DNA from: Candidatus Ratteibacteria bacterium
GTDB taxonomy: Bacteria; Ratteibacteria; UBA8468; B48-G9; DTJG01
NCBI GenBank assembly: GCA_049971295.1
Contig: JBMFLH010000010.1
Location: 1-31,595, forward strand
Length of the DNA: 31,595 bases
Direction: 5' to 3'
The notes under the pieces: model-generated
What the model saw: only the letters and a program-made list of their open reading frames with translations
Database searches by the model: none
Told to the model about the DNA's origin: nothing
Made by a program: the position numbers and the translations under genes
In this document: piece after piece, positions 7,688-17,361 of the stretch
How the letters are laid out: every line of letters begins with the position of its first letter
Numbering within the stretch: the first letter of the stretch is position 1

Positions 7688-10098
7688 GGTTTTACAGGTG
7701 AATAAAGAAACAATCTTCCAAGAAAACCATCTGTTGCCTGAGCTGGACTCAATCCTGTGCTAACCCATACAGCAATAGTATTTTCCTTTCCAGGTCTGAT
7801 GAATTGCGTAATGTCCATATCAATTTCAGCGGGACTGATATATGCCTCAAGATACTTTCTATGTCCTGCATACTGACCATTGACCCATACCCATGCTTCG
7901 CATGTCACAAAGGGCGCATACAGCTTTATTTGTTTTCCGGCAACACTTTTGGGAATATCAAGGTCAAAAACATACCACATTTTCCCTATATACGGCATAC
8001 CATTCGGAGAAAGATAACCCTGTATGTAAAAAGGTTCTGTTGTGTCGATCAATCGCCATTTGCTCCTATCAAAATCAGGCATGTACCATCTGAAATGTTT
8101 ACCAAGCCCGTATTCGTCAATCGCAAATTTAACATTTTTGGGTGCAAGAGCGACAAGTATACCGGTTTCCCCATTCGTCATTCCGTCAAGTTTCTGATAA
8201 AGCGCCTTTCGTTTCAAAATCCCGAAATACGAATCACCCGAATAATATCTTTCTCTGGCAACAAGAGACGGTGGCATGGCAAGGAACGGACTGATTTTGT
8301 TTAAAACCAATCTACACTCTATCATTTTATCAGCAAATTTTGCCGCATCTGACCATTTTGCGTTAAATTCAGCATCTTTCATCGCCGTATATGCCTTCAA
8401 ATGTTCAAAGGTTAATCTGTCAACTAACACATGGGTCTTAATAACATCTGTATTTGCAACTTGCTCTGCTTCTGAAACATATTTTTCAAGTTTTTCTATC
8501 AGTTCTTTTGTATAAACAAATGGAAGAATTCTATCTTCGTGTCCAAGAAGCGGTGTCTCGAGAAGACATTCTTCAATAGATTCCCAGAAATTTCTTGCTG
8601 GTTTTGCCGCAGGTCCGTACCAGCTGTTATAAAAATCCTCAAGAATGGCATTAATGTCAGCATTTGGATTCCACATCAATTGAGCCCTTACATATCTTGT
8701 AACGATTCCTTCTTCAAAAAATGGCAACTTCGTCTCATTGATAAATCCAATAAGTCCCCACTTTTTAAACAAAGGATAATTGACTGCCATCTTTTTTACC
8801 TGAGGAACCGGCGTCAGGGCAGAAACAAGCATTGTTAAGTTGTATTCATAAAGAAACACCCGCTTGCATAACTCACACCACCTCTTCAGTTGCGCACCCA
8901 TCACCTGACCCTGCCATGATTTTGGACTTGTAACTGGCTTCAATGTATCTGCCCAGATAAAAGCAGCCATCACTCCTAAATTAGGATGGAGTTCAACTCC
9001 TTCAGGTGGTAAAGAACGATTGGCATAGCCATTTGTGGTAATGATAGCGTCAGGATATACCTTAACCACTTCCTCTGTTACCTGATTTACAAAATGAAAC
9101 CATTCCTCGCTAATTGAAAGTTCAGTCACAACTCCTTCCCTGCCAAATACATCAGTAAAACCCTGATTCAGCTTCATCGTTTCAGGTGTGTGGTCCATAG
9201 GAAGCCCATCATCAGGCGCAAATCCAATTGAATTGATTTTTTCACCTTTTTCTTCTGACTTCCTAAATTCCTGAACGACTTTGTCTGCAACGATTTTTAT
9301 TGTCTCAAAATTTGTAAGATTTGCCATGTAGGGGTTCACTGTTCCATCAAAATTTCTGCCAAATAATTCTGGTTTTGTGTCCTTAAGACTGGGGTCAGGA
9401 AGATATCTTCTTAGCCAGCCATCACCAGGAATACAGATAATATCCCTATCATAAATCGTCATTTTATTGCGAATTTTCCACAGGGCATGAATGGTTGCCA
9501 TATCCGCAGGTTCATTGCACCACCACGACCGTACTCTAAATGCTGGTTTATCAATAAGATTCATCTCATCAATTTCAATGTTCTTCTTATCAGGAACTAT
9601 CTCGCCAAAATCTCCTGGTAAAATCCATCGTATTCCCAATTTCCTGAGAAACTCAGCCACAGCATAATATGTACCAAAATATGGCCCCTCATCGTTGCCC
9701 GCAAGGACAAGCCGATTGCCTCTGCAAAAAATTGTATAACCCTCTTCATTTCGTTCTGCTGTAAGACCCGAAGGAATTTTCAGATTTCTGATATTTTTTG
9801 TAAGGGCACTCGCGCCGACGCAAATGATGTTTCCTGAAATTTGTGATTCATCAGAGGTTATCTCAATTTTTGCTCCCGACATTTTTTCAATATATTTTTG
9901 AAGATCCAATGCAGCCATCTTAATTTTCTGGTCTGGCTTCAATTTTGTGTACCTTGATAATGAAGCTACGGTTGCATCAAAAGCCGATTTACTTACAACA
10001 ATTGTTGCCATTGCTTTTCCATCTTTAACAATCGTAAAAGCATCTGCAGAAAAACAAAACGTCCCTAAAACAATGAGCACGGCTGTTAGAATTTTCAT
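7684..10098 (-). CDS. Secreted DUF4838-like protein with GH20/GH67-type N-terminal domain and C-terminal GH2-like sugar-binding domain
   Basis: Start set at ATG 10098 (SD AGGAG; signal peptide MKILTAVLIVLG). AALDLQKYIEKMSGA, EEGYTI, GTYYAVAEFLRKLGIRW, PAFRVR, YVRAQLMWNP, YIGKMWY...AWVWVNGQYAGH...ENTIAVWV. Confidence 0.78.
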   Translation of the reverse strand: MKILTAVLIVLGTFCFSADAFTIVKDGKAMATIVVSKSAFDATVASLSRYTKLKPDQKIKMAALDLQKYIEKMSGAKIEITSDESQISGNIICVGASALTKNIRNLKIPSGLTAERNEEGYTIFCRGNRLVLAGNDEGPYFGTYYAVAEFLRKLGIRWILPGDFGEIVPDKKNIEIDEMNLIDKPAFRVRSWWCNEPADMATIHALWKIRNKMTIYDRDIICIPGDGWLRRYLPDPSLKDTKPELFGRNFDGTVNPYMANLTNFETIKIVADKVVQEFRKSEEKGEKINSIGFAPDDGLPMDHTPETMKLNQGFTDVFGREGVVTELSISEEWFHFVNQVTEEVVKVYPDAIITTNGYANRSLPPEGVELHPNLGVMAAFIWADTLKPVTSPKSWQGQVMGAQLKRWCELCKRVFLYEYNLTMLVSALTPVPQVKKMAVNYPLFKKWGLIGFINETKLPFFEEGIVTRYVRAQLMWNPNADINAILEDFYNSWYGPAAKPARNFWESIEECLLETPLLGHEDRILPFVYTKELIEKLEKYVSEAEQVANTDVIKTHVLVDRLTFEHLKAYTAMKDAEFNAKWSDAAKFADKMIECRLVLNKISPFLAMPPSLVARERYYSGDSYFGILKRKALYQKLDGMTNGETGILVALAPKNVKFAIDEYGLGKHFRWYMPDFDRSKWRLIDTTEPFYIQGYLSPNGMPYIGKMWYVFDLDIPKSVAGKQIKLYAPFVTCEAWVWVNGQYAGHRKYLEAYISPAEIDMDITQFIRPGKENTIAVWVSTGLSPAQATDGFLGRLFLYSPVKP

Positions 10099-10157
10099 AT
10101 TTCTCCTTGTTTTGAAATGTATTTTACAATTGTTTACAAAATTGTCCATCTTCATAT

Positions 10158-12704
10158 TTATTCATACCCATATCTGTTGATAAACCACTGTTTTACCACC
10201 TGCACAGTAAACAAATAGCTGAATAAAATAATAAAAAGAGCGATAAAATACAAAAACGGAGGGATTACAAAACCAAGACGGGAGCCCAGGGGTGTAAATG
10301 GAATAAACAGCCCAACAGTGACAATATAAATTGAAGTGAATATCAGAAAAGGGCTGGGTTTACTTTCAATAAATGGTTTTTTACCCGTACGAATTATATG
10401 AATGACAAGCGTTTGAGTTAAAAGGGATTCAAGAAACCAGCCAGTGTGAAAAAGCTGTTCTGAAGCATGAAATATAAACCACAAAACTCCAAAAGTAATA
10501 AAGTCAAAAAGAGAACTGACAGGTCCCATCACAATCATAAATCTTTTGATGTATTCAATGTTCCATGGTCTTGCCTTATTAAGGTATTCCTCATCAACAT
10601 CATCCGAAGGTATGGCAACCTGTGATATATCATACAGAAAATTGTTGAGTAGTATCTGGATTGGAAGCATTGGAAGAAAAGGTAAAAATATGCTTGCGCC
10701 TGTCATGCTGAACATATTGCCAAAGTTTGAACTCGAACCCATTTTGATATATTTCAGAATATTTCCAAACGTTTTTCTTCCTTCTATTACACCGTCTTCA
10801 AGAACCGTTAAGCTTTTTTGAAGAAGAATAATATCTGCTGATTCTTTAGCAATGTCCACGGCGTTATCGACTGAAATTCCAACATCAGCTGCTTTTAAGG
10901 CAAGAGCGTCATTGATGCCGTCTCCAAGATAACCCACTGTATGATCGTTTTTATGTAGTGCCCTGATAATTCTTTCCTTTTGCAATGGTGACAATCTTGA
11001 AAACACAGTCACATTTTTTACAACCTCAACCAGTTCCTTGTCATTCATCATTTCCACCTGTTCCCCTGTTACCATATTTCTTACATCGAGCCCAACCTCA
11101 TTACATATGTGCCTGGTTACCAGCTCATTGTCACCAGTTAATACCTTTAACTCAATTCCTCTTTTTCTCAGTGCCTGAATTGTTTCTTCTGCTGTTGGTT
11201 TGGGTGGGTCGAGAAATGCAACATAACCCTTGAGAATCATTTCAACTTCATCGTTTTTTGTGTATGCTTCTTTCGCTATTTCATAATCCTTATAAGCAAT
11301 GGCAAGAACCCTGAAACCCTGAGCACTTAAATGTTCATATTCAAGTTTCAGGTCAGTAAGAACAAGGGGTTCAATGTCAAATATTTCTCCATCCAGCTCA
11401 TATTTTACACATTTTTTGAAAACCTCTTCTGGAGCCCCCTTTGTAATCAGCCTGTGTTTACCATCAATCTCCACGACAACTGACATCATCTTCCTCGAAA
11501 AGTCAAATGGAATTTCATCAATTTTCCTATACTGCTGAACTGACAATTCTCTATATTTCAACACTGCCCTGTCAAGAATGTTTTTTAATCCAGTCTGGTA
11601 ATAACTGTTAATGTAGGCAAATTGTAAAACGTCTTCACTCTCCTGTCTCGTTACATCACAATAAATTTCAAGAATGATTTCATCAAGGGTTAAGGTACCG
11701 GTTTTATCAGTGCACAGCACATCCATCGCTCCAAAATTTTGAATTGAACTCAATTGTTTTACAATCACATCTTTCCTGGACATGGAAATAGCACCCTTTG
11801 AAAGATTAACGGCAACAAGCATCGGAAGCATTTCAGGGGTAAGTCCAACAGAAACAGCAAGAGCAAAAAGAAAGGACTGCAAAAAATCACCCTTTGTCAT
11901 TACATTGATAAAAAATATAATCACGACCAGAACAAGCATAAACCTGATCATCAGCCAGGTAAAAGAGCGCACTCCTCTATCAAAATTTGTTTCTGCTGAC
12001 AGTGTTGCCAATTTGTAGGAAACCATTCCGAATTGTGTGGACAAACCTGTTTTAATCACAACCCCATGACCTGTACCACTAACAATGCTTGAACCCATGA
12101 ACGCGATATTTTTCAACTCTGATGGTTGATTATTTGTAGTGATAACAGGCGTTGAAATTTTTTCAACAGGAAAGGATTCTCCTGTAAGTGAAGCCTGATT
12201 AACAAACAGGTCCTTGCAAGAAATAATTCTTAAATCAGCGGGAACCATATCACCTGCAGAAAGATATACGATATCGCCAGGGACAATTTCTTTTATTGGT
12301 ATTTCTTTTGTTACACCATTTCTATAAACGGTAGCGGTTGGTCTGACCATTTCACTGAGTTTTTCTGCTTCTTTTCCTGCGCGGTGTTCCTGGAAAAACG
12401 ATAGTGAGACACTTCCTATCGCCATCAGAATTACCAGTATTGCACTGGCTATTTCTCCAAAAACAATAGAGAAAATTGCAATAATCAACAAAACGATAAC
12501 CAGGGGATTCAAAAATTTTGAAGCAATTTGAAATATGATTGAGTGTTTCTTTGGTTTGAATAATTCATTGAAGCCATACTCTTGAAGTCGCTGCTCTGCT
12601 TCTTCATCACTCAGACCTTTTAATGATGTGTTGAGTCGCGACAGGATTTGTTCCTGAGTAAGTCCGACAAATTCAGTTATTCCAGCTTCTGGCAATCGCG
12701 GCAT
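10158..12704 (-). CDS. mgtA: Magnesium-translocating P-type ATPase (P3B)
   Basis: LTGES, the MgtA-type TPEMLPM, phosphorylation site DKTGT, KGAPEE, TGDN, GDGIND, SSNFGN, QILLNNFLYD. Confidence 0.95.
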   Translation of the reverse strand: MPRLPEAGITEFVGLTQEQILSRLNTSLKGLSDEEAEQRLQEYGFNELFKPKKHSIIFQIASKFLNPLVIVLLIIAIFSIVFGEIASAILVILMAIGSVSLSFFQEHRAGKEAEKLSEMVRPTATVYRNGVTKEIPIKEIVPGDIVYLSAGDMVPADLRIISCKDLFVNQASLTGESFPVEKISTPVITTNNQPSELKNIAFMGSSIVSGTGHGVVIKTGLSTQFGMVSYKLATLSAETNFDRGVRSFTWLMIRFMLVLVVIIFFINVMTKGDFLQSFLFALAVSVGLTPEMLPMLVAVNLSKGAISMSRKDVIVKQLSSIQNFGAMDVLCTDKTGTLTLDEIILEIYCDVTRQESEDVLQFAYINSYYQTGLKNILDRAVLKYRELSVQQYRKIDEIPFDFSRKMMSVVVEIDGKHRLITKGAPEEVFKKCVKYELDGEIFDIEPLVLTDLKLEYEHLSAQGFRVLAIAYKDYEIAKEAYTKNDEVEMILKGYVAFLDPPKPTAEETIQALRKRGIELKVLTGDNELVTRHICNEVGLDVRNMVTGEQVEMMNDKELVEVVKNVTVFSRLSPLQKERIIRALHKNDHTVGYLGDGINDALALKAADVGISVDNAVDIAKESADIILLQKSLTVLEDGVIEGRKTFGNILKYIKMGSSSNFGNMFSMTGASIFLPFLPMLPIQILLNNFLYDISQVAIPSDDVDEEYLNKARPWNIEYIKRFMIVMGPVSSLFDFITFGVLWFIFHASEQLFHTGWFLESLLTQTLVIHIIRTGKKPFIESKPSPFLIFTSIYIVTVGLFIPFTPLGSRLGFVIPPFLYFIALFIILFSYLFTVQVVKQWFINRYGYE

Positions 12705-12849
12705 TGTTCAATCCTTGAAAACTTTTTCTATAAGACTAATAATTATTATAACCTTTTAACGCCATACAAAAAAATCTTTCTTCTTTTGGCAGCTCCACGT
12801 CACTATCATCACAGAATCCTCGTGTAATCACAGGTGCGTTAAAAACGAT

Positions 12850-12877
12850 TTGAAAAGATTTTTTTTAGTGTTAAAAT
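12850..12877 (+). promoter_or_regulatory. Putative sigma70-type promoter for hppA
   Basis: TTGAAA (12850-12855), 16-nt spacer, extended -10 TGtTAAAAT (12869-12877), about 30 nt before the ATG with SD GGGGG. Confidence 0.5.
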
Positions 12878-12906
12878 AATGGGATCTTATCAACACGGGG
12901 GCGAAT

Positions 12907-14961
12907 ATGTATTTCAATCTGGTCATGTTGGTCAGTATCGGAAGTATCATTATTGCTTTCTTGTTTGCTCTTGAAATTTTAAGAAAGGACCCAGGAAATG
13001 AAAAGATGCAGGAAATTGCGAATGCAATAAAAGAGGGTGCAGGTGCCTTTCTGAAAAGGCAGTACACAACAATAGCAGTTCTTTCAATCGCACTGGCAGT
13101 CATTATATTTCTTATCTACGCATTTAGTGGTAAAACTGTATATGGCTGGCATACTTCTCTGGCATTTATTCTTGGGGCTCTTTGTTCCTCAATATCAGGA
13201 TATGTGGGAATGTGCATATCCGTCAGGTCAAACTCCCGTGCAGCATCTGCTGCTGGAAGAAGCATGAATGAAGCCCTTGTTATTGCATTAAAAGGTGGCG
13301 CAGTTTCAGGTATTCTTGTAGTGGCTCTTTCTCTTCTTGGAGTCGCAGGAATTTTTCTTCTTTATGGTGGTAGCGCCAATCCCCTTGAAGTGCCACTACT
13401 TATCGTCGGCTTTGGATTTGGCGCATCCTTTGTGGCACTTTTTGCGCAACTTGGTGGCGGAATTTACACAAAAGCTGCAGATGTGGGTGCAGACCTGGTG
13501 GGAAAGATTGAAGCAGGAATACCTGAAGATGACCCAAGAAATCCAGCAGTCATTGCTGACCTTGTTGGAGACAATGTTGGTGATTGTGCTGGTCGTGGAG
13601 CAGACCTATTTGAATCAACTGCAGCAGAAAATATAGGAGCAATGATTCTTGGAATTGCTCTATTTCCTGTATTTGGAATCTATGGAATAATTTTTCCTCT
13701 GGTTGCCCGTGCTTTTGGACTTATTGCTTCTATCATCGGTGTTTTGACCGTAAGAGTTAAAGAAGATGAAGATCCGATTAAAGGATTAAACCGAGGATAT
13801 CTTGTTACAACAATTCTTGCCACTGCTGGATTCTGGCTATCAACAAAACTTCTTCTAACAGAATATCATACATTATTTTTTCTTGCTGGATTAATAGGGA
13901 TTCTTACCAGTTTTGCCTTTGTTTCAATAACACAATATTACACAGAATACAAATACAGACCAGTTAAGTCAATAGCAAGAGCATCTGAGACAGGTCCTGC
14001 GACAAATATTATTGCTGGCTTCTCCGTGGCACTTGAATGCACCGGTATCCCGGTAGTTGTTATATCTATCGCACTGTTGCTGGCATACTTTCTTGGACAG
14101 GCAACAGGACTACCCCATGGTGGGCTTTATGGAACTGCTGTTGCCACTATGGGAATGCTGGCGACCTGTGCCTATATTCTTGCAATGGACACATTTGGTC
14201 CCATCACTGACAATGCAGGTGGTATTGTTGAAATGTCAGGAGCAAGCGAAAACATTAGAAAAAGAACTGATCGACTTGATGCAATAGGAAATACCACAAA
14301 AGCATTGACCAAGGGATATGCAGTCGGTTCTGCTGCACTTGCAGCATTTTTGCTTTTTTCCGCCTATCTGACTGACGTTCATTTAGACTCTGTGGACATA
14401 GCAAAACCGGTTGTTTTTATTGGGGCTATGTTGGGTGCGGTGCTTGTATTTGTATTTTCGGCATTTGCGATCAGGGCGGTTGGAAATGCAGCATATTACA
14501 TTATTAATAATGTCAGAAAGCAATTTAAGGAAAAACCCGGTATTCTCGAAGGAAAGGAAAAGCCTGATTATGCTCAGGCAGTTGATATATGCACAAGAGG
14601 TGCCTTAAAAGAAATGGTTTTACCAGGATTAACAGTCGTCATCGTGCCACTTTTCGTAGGTATACTTCTTGGTCCAGAGGCAGTCGGCGCAACACTAATG
14701 GTGGGAACAATCGCAGGCATCATACTGGCACTTGTTCTAAACAATGGTGGCGGTGCGTGGGATAATGCAAAAAAATATATTGAAGCAGGCGCTTATGGCG
14801 GAAAAGGCTCATTTGCACATAAAGCCGCAGTGGTCGGAGATACAGTGGGAGACCCATTCAAAGATACAGCGGGACCATCTTTACATGTGGTCGTGAAGCT
14901 CCTTTCAACATTAACACTGGTATTTGCGCCATTGTTTCTTATTTTACATTCAGTAAAGTAA
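12907..14961 (+). CDS. hppA: Membrane-bound H+-translocating pyrophosphatase, K+-independent type
   Basis: GGGIYTKAADVGADLVGK, EDDPRNP, DNVGD, GPITDNAGG, GNTTKALTKG (Lys at the K+-dependence determinant), GGAWDNAKK, GDTVGDPFKDTAGPS. Confidence 0.95.
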   Translation: MYFNLVMLVSIGSIIIAFLFALEILRKDPGNEKMQEIANAIKEGAGAFLKRQYTTIAVLSIALAVIIFLIYAFSGKTVYGWHTSLAFILGALCSSISGYVGMCISVRSNSRAASAAGRSMNEALVIALKGGAVSGILVVALSLLGVAGIFLLYGGSANPLEVPLLIVGFGFGASFVALFAQLGGGIYTKAADVGADLVGKIEAGIPEDDPRNPAVIADLVGDNVGDCAGRGADLFESTAAENIGAMILGIALFPVFGIYGIIFPLVARAFGLIASIIGVLTVRVKEDEDPIKGLNRGYLVTTILATAGFWLSTKLLLTEYHTLFFLAGLIGILTSFAFVSITQYYTEYKYRPVKSIARASETGPATNIIAGFSVALECTGIPVVVISIALLLAYFLGQATGLPHGGLYGTAVATMGMLATCAYILAMDTFGPITDNAGGIVEMSGASENIRKRTDRLDAIGNTTKALTKGYAVGSAALAAFLLFSAYLTDVHLDSVDIAKPVVFIGAMLGAVLVFVFSAFAIRAVGNAAYYIINNVRKQFKEKPGILEGKEKPDYAQAVDICTRGALKEMVLPGLTVVIVPLFVGILLGPEAVGATLMVGTIAGIILALVLNNGGGAWDNAKKYIEAGAYGGKGSFAHKAAVVGDTVGDPFKDTAGPSLHVVVKLLSTLTLVFAPLFLILHSVK

Positions 14962-14976
14962 AACAAGTGAGGAGAT

Positions 14977-15869
14977 ATGAAATTAGCACTTTTTTCTGTG
15001 AGTTATGCAGGACTGTGGGGTCAATCAAAATTAACACTTGAAGAATGTATTTTCAAGACTCGAGAACTTGGATACCAGGGTATTGAGATTATGGGTAAGA
15101 AACCGCATCTTTTGCCAATAGACGTCAATCAAGAAAAAATAAAAAATATTAAGAATTTACTGGATAAAAACGGCTTAAACTTGCCTGTATGGCAGCTTAT
15201 ACAAATTTTACTTCTGATTTCGCATCTCCGGCTAAGGAAGTTCCTCTTGTTGATATGCAGATTATGTACGTGGGAGAACTGGCACGAATAACCTCAGAAT
15301 TGGGTGGGAATCTTGTGAGGATTTTTACCGGATATGAGGTGCCAGGTGTACCATTTTATCAACAATGGGAGCAGCGTGTAAAAGCTGTAAGAGAATGTTG
15401 TGATATTGCTGCTCAATATGGTATCACCATAGGCATACAGAATCATCACGATATTGCGGTCCATACAGATAGCTTGATTGAATTTTTAAGTGACGTAGAT
15501 AGACCAAATGTCAAAATTATGTTTGATGCCTGGTCTCCGGCAATACGAAAAGAAAATATCGAAATAATGCTTGAAAAAGTGATAGACAAAATGGTTTATA
15601 CAACTGTTGCAGATTACATTAATCTCCCCCGTTTTCATTACAAACCGGACCTGATAAATTATGAATCCTGTAAACAGGATTTAATAAGAGCGGTTCCTTT
15701 AGGGCAAGGAATTATTGATTATGATTCATTTTTTACTAAATTAAAAAAACTCGGATATAATGGCTGGGTCGCTTATGAAATCTGTTCTCCTTTACGTAAA
15801 GGTGGAAGTTTGGAAAATCTTGATTATTGTGCAAAAAAGTTTGTTGAATATATGAAAAAATACATTTGA
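14977..15869 (+). pseudogene. Sugar phosphate isomerase/epimerase (xylose-isomerase-like TIM barrel) split by a single-base frameshift near 15168-15180; pseudogene or sequencing error
   Basis: 5' half (SD GAGGAG; ELGYQGIEIMG) and 3' half (IGIQNHHD, IMFDAW, PLGQGIIDY, GYNGWVAYEIC) join into about 297 aa if one base is added: GGC TTA AA(A) CTT GCC TGT ATG = G L K L A C M. Confidence 0.8.
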
Positions 15870-15924
15870 AACAATTTTTAATATATTTCATAATGTTTAA
15901 AATTCGCTGCTAATTTAAATTATT

Positions 15925-17361
15925 ATGGAATCTTCTTTTTTTGCTTTCGGGACGATTTTTGTGCCAGTACTTGGTTGTATCACGATACCACTGGCTGGAC
16001 TGGTATCTACCGGATTTAGAAATTTGTGGGCTCTCATTCTTGGTATCGCCACATTTGTGTTACCATTTTTTTTAATTCCGGCAGTGCTTCAGAGCCCATC
16101 TGGTGAAATTATTTATAGATTTCCATCTATTCTGAACCTGAACTTTATACTTCTCATAGATGGGCTATCGGTTTTCGTGGCCCTTGTTTCTTCTTTCATT
16201 GGTGCCCTGATAATTTTATATTCATTTGACTATGTGTCTCACAACGATTTTCAGACAGAATATTACACAATGGTGGTGCTGTTTATTGGTTCAATGATGG
16301 GACTTGTCTTTTCTGGAAATCTAATTTTTATGTATCTTTTCTGGGAGATTGCAGCGATATGCTCGTGGAGATTGATTGGTTTTTACCGTGTCCCGTCTCA
16401 TATTGTGAAGGCAGATAAGTCCTTTCTCATAACATTTTTTGGTGCGGTCGTAATGCTTTTTGGTTTTATCCAGATTCATAGTACAACAGGAACTTTTGAT
16501 ATGACAGCGATGAGAAGTGTACCGGTGTCATCTCTCGCGGTGTTTCTTATATTAATTGGAATGTTTTCAAAATCTGCCACATTTCCACTTCATACCTGGC
16601 TCCCAGACGCAGGTGTTGCGCCTTCAACAGTTACTTCTCTTCTTCATGCAGCAGTTCTTGTAAAAATAGGAGTATATGCCTATGCACGACTCTTTTGTTA
16701 TACGTTTAATATACCAGCTGCATGGAATGTTACGATCCCTGTGCTTGTAATGTTTTCAAGTTTTGTTTCTGCTGGAGCTGCCCTTGTTGAGCACGACATA
16801 AAGAGAATCCTTGCTCTTTCAACTGTCAGCCAGATTGGATATATTTTTCTTGGTTTCTGGACAAGAACCTTAATCGGAGTAACAGGAGGAGCTCTTTTTA
16901 TATTGATGCACGGACTTGCAAAGGCAGGACTGTTTCTATGTGCAGGCATCATAGAACATGGAACAGGAAAAAGGGATATAAGAGAACTTGGTGGGCTTTT
17001 CCGCAGTATGCCACTGACTGGAATTAGCTTTCTGGCGTGTGTGTTTTCAGTGATTGGAATACCTCCGTTTGGTGGATTTTTTTCAAAATTCATGGTTATT
17101 TCCGGAACAGTTGAAACTGGTAGAATAGCAGTAGCAGGCATGGGACTTTTCGTAGCAGTGATGACAGCAATTTATCTGTTCAGACTTTTTCATGCTGTAT
17201 TCTTTGGTGAAGAGAAAACAAAGGGACATGAAGGCACCTCTTTGATGGTCGGAGTTGTTTTTGTACTTGCTCTTTTGTCTTTGTTTGCTGGTATTTTTAT
17301 TGGATTTTCAGGAAGTTTTGCAGAGGTAGCAGCTGCACATATTTTGGAGAAGATGAAATGA
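15925..17361 (+). CDS. Antiporter-like proton-translocating subunit 1 (NuoL/MrpA-type core, no C-terminal extension) of a group 4 hydrogenase
   Basis: Highly hydrophobic; LFWEIAA, FSKSATFPLHTWLPDA, SLLHAAVLVKIGVY, DIKRILALSTVSQIGY, HGLAKAGLFL, GFFSKF. Confidence 0.9.
   Translation: MESSFFAFGTIFVPVLGCITIPLAGLVSTGFRNLWALILGIATFVLPFFLIPAVLQSPSGEIIYRFPSILNLNFILLIDGLSVFVALVSSFIGALIILYSFDYVSHNDFQTEYYTMVVLFIGSMMGLVFSGNLIFMYLFWEIAAICSWRLIGFYRVPSHIVKADKSFLITFFGAVVMLFGFIQIHSTTGTFDMTAMRSVPVSSLAVFLILIGMFSKSATFPLHTWLPDAGVAPSTVTSLLHAAVLVKIGVYAYARLFCYTFNIPAAWNVTIPVLVMFSSFVSAGAALVEHDIKRILALSTVSQIGYIFLGFWTRTLIGVTGGALFILMHGLAKAGLFLCAGIIEHGTGKRDIRELGGLFRSMPLTGISFLACVFSVIGIPPFGGFFSKFMVISGTVETGRIAVAGMGLFVAVMTAIYLFRLFHAVFFGEEKTKGHEGTSLMVGVVFVLALLSLFAGIFIGFSGSFAEVAAAHILEKMK

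Noticed and set aside
12736..12831. 31-codon GTG-started minus-strand ORF upstream of mgtA as an MgtL-like leader peptide
   Set aside because: No SD, only one Pro, and it overlaps the likely mgtA -10; compatible with chance.
12907..14961. Na+-translocating (K+-dependent) pyrophosphatase
   Set aside because: The signature is GNTTKA (Lys), not GNTTAA.
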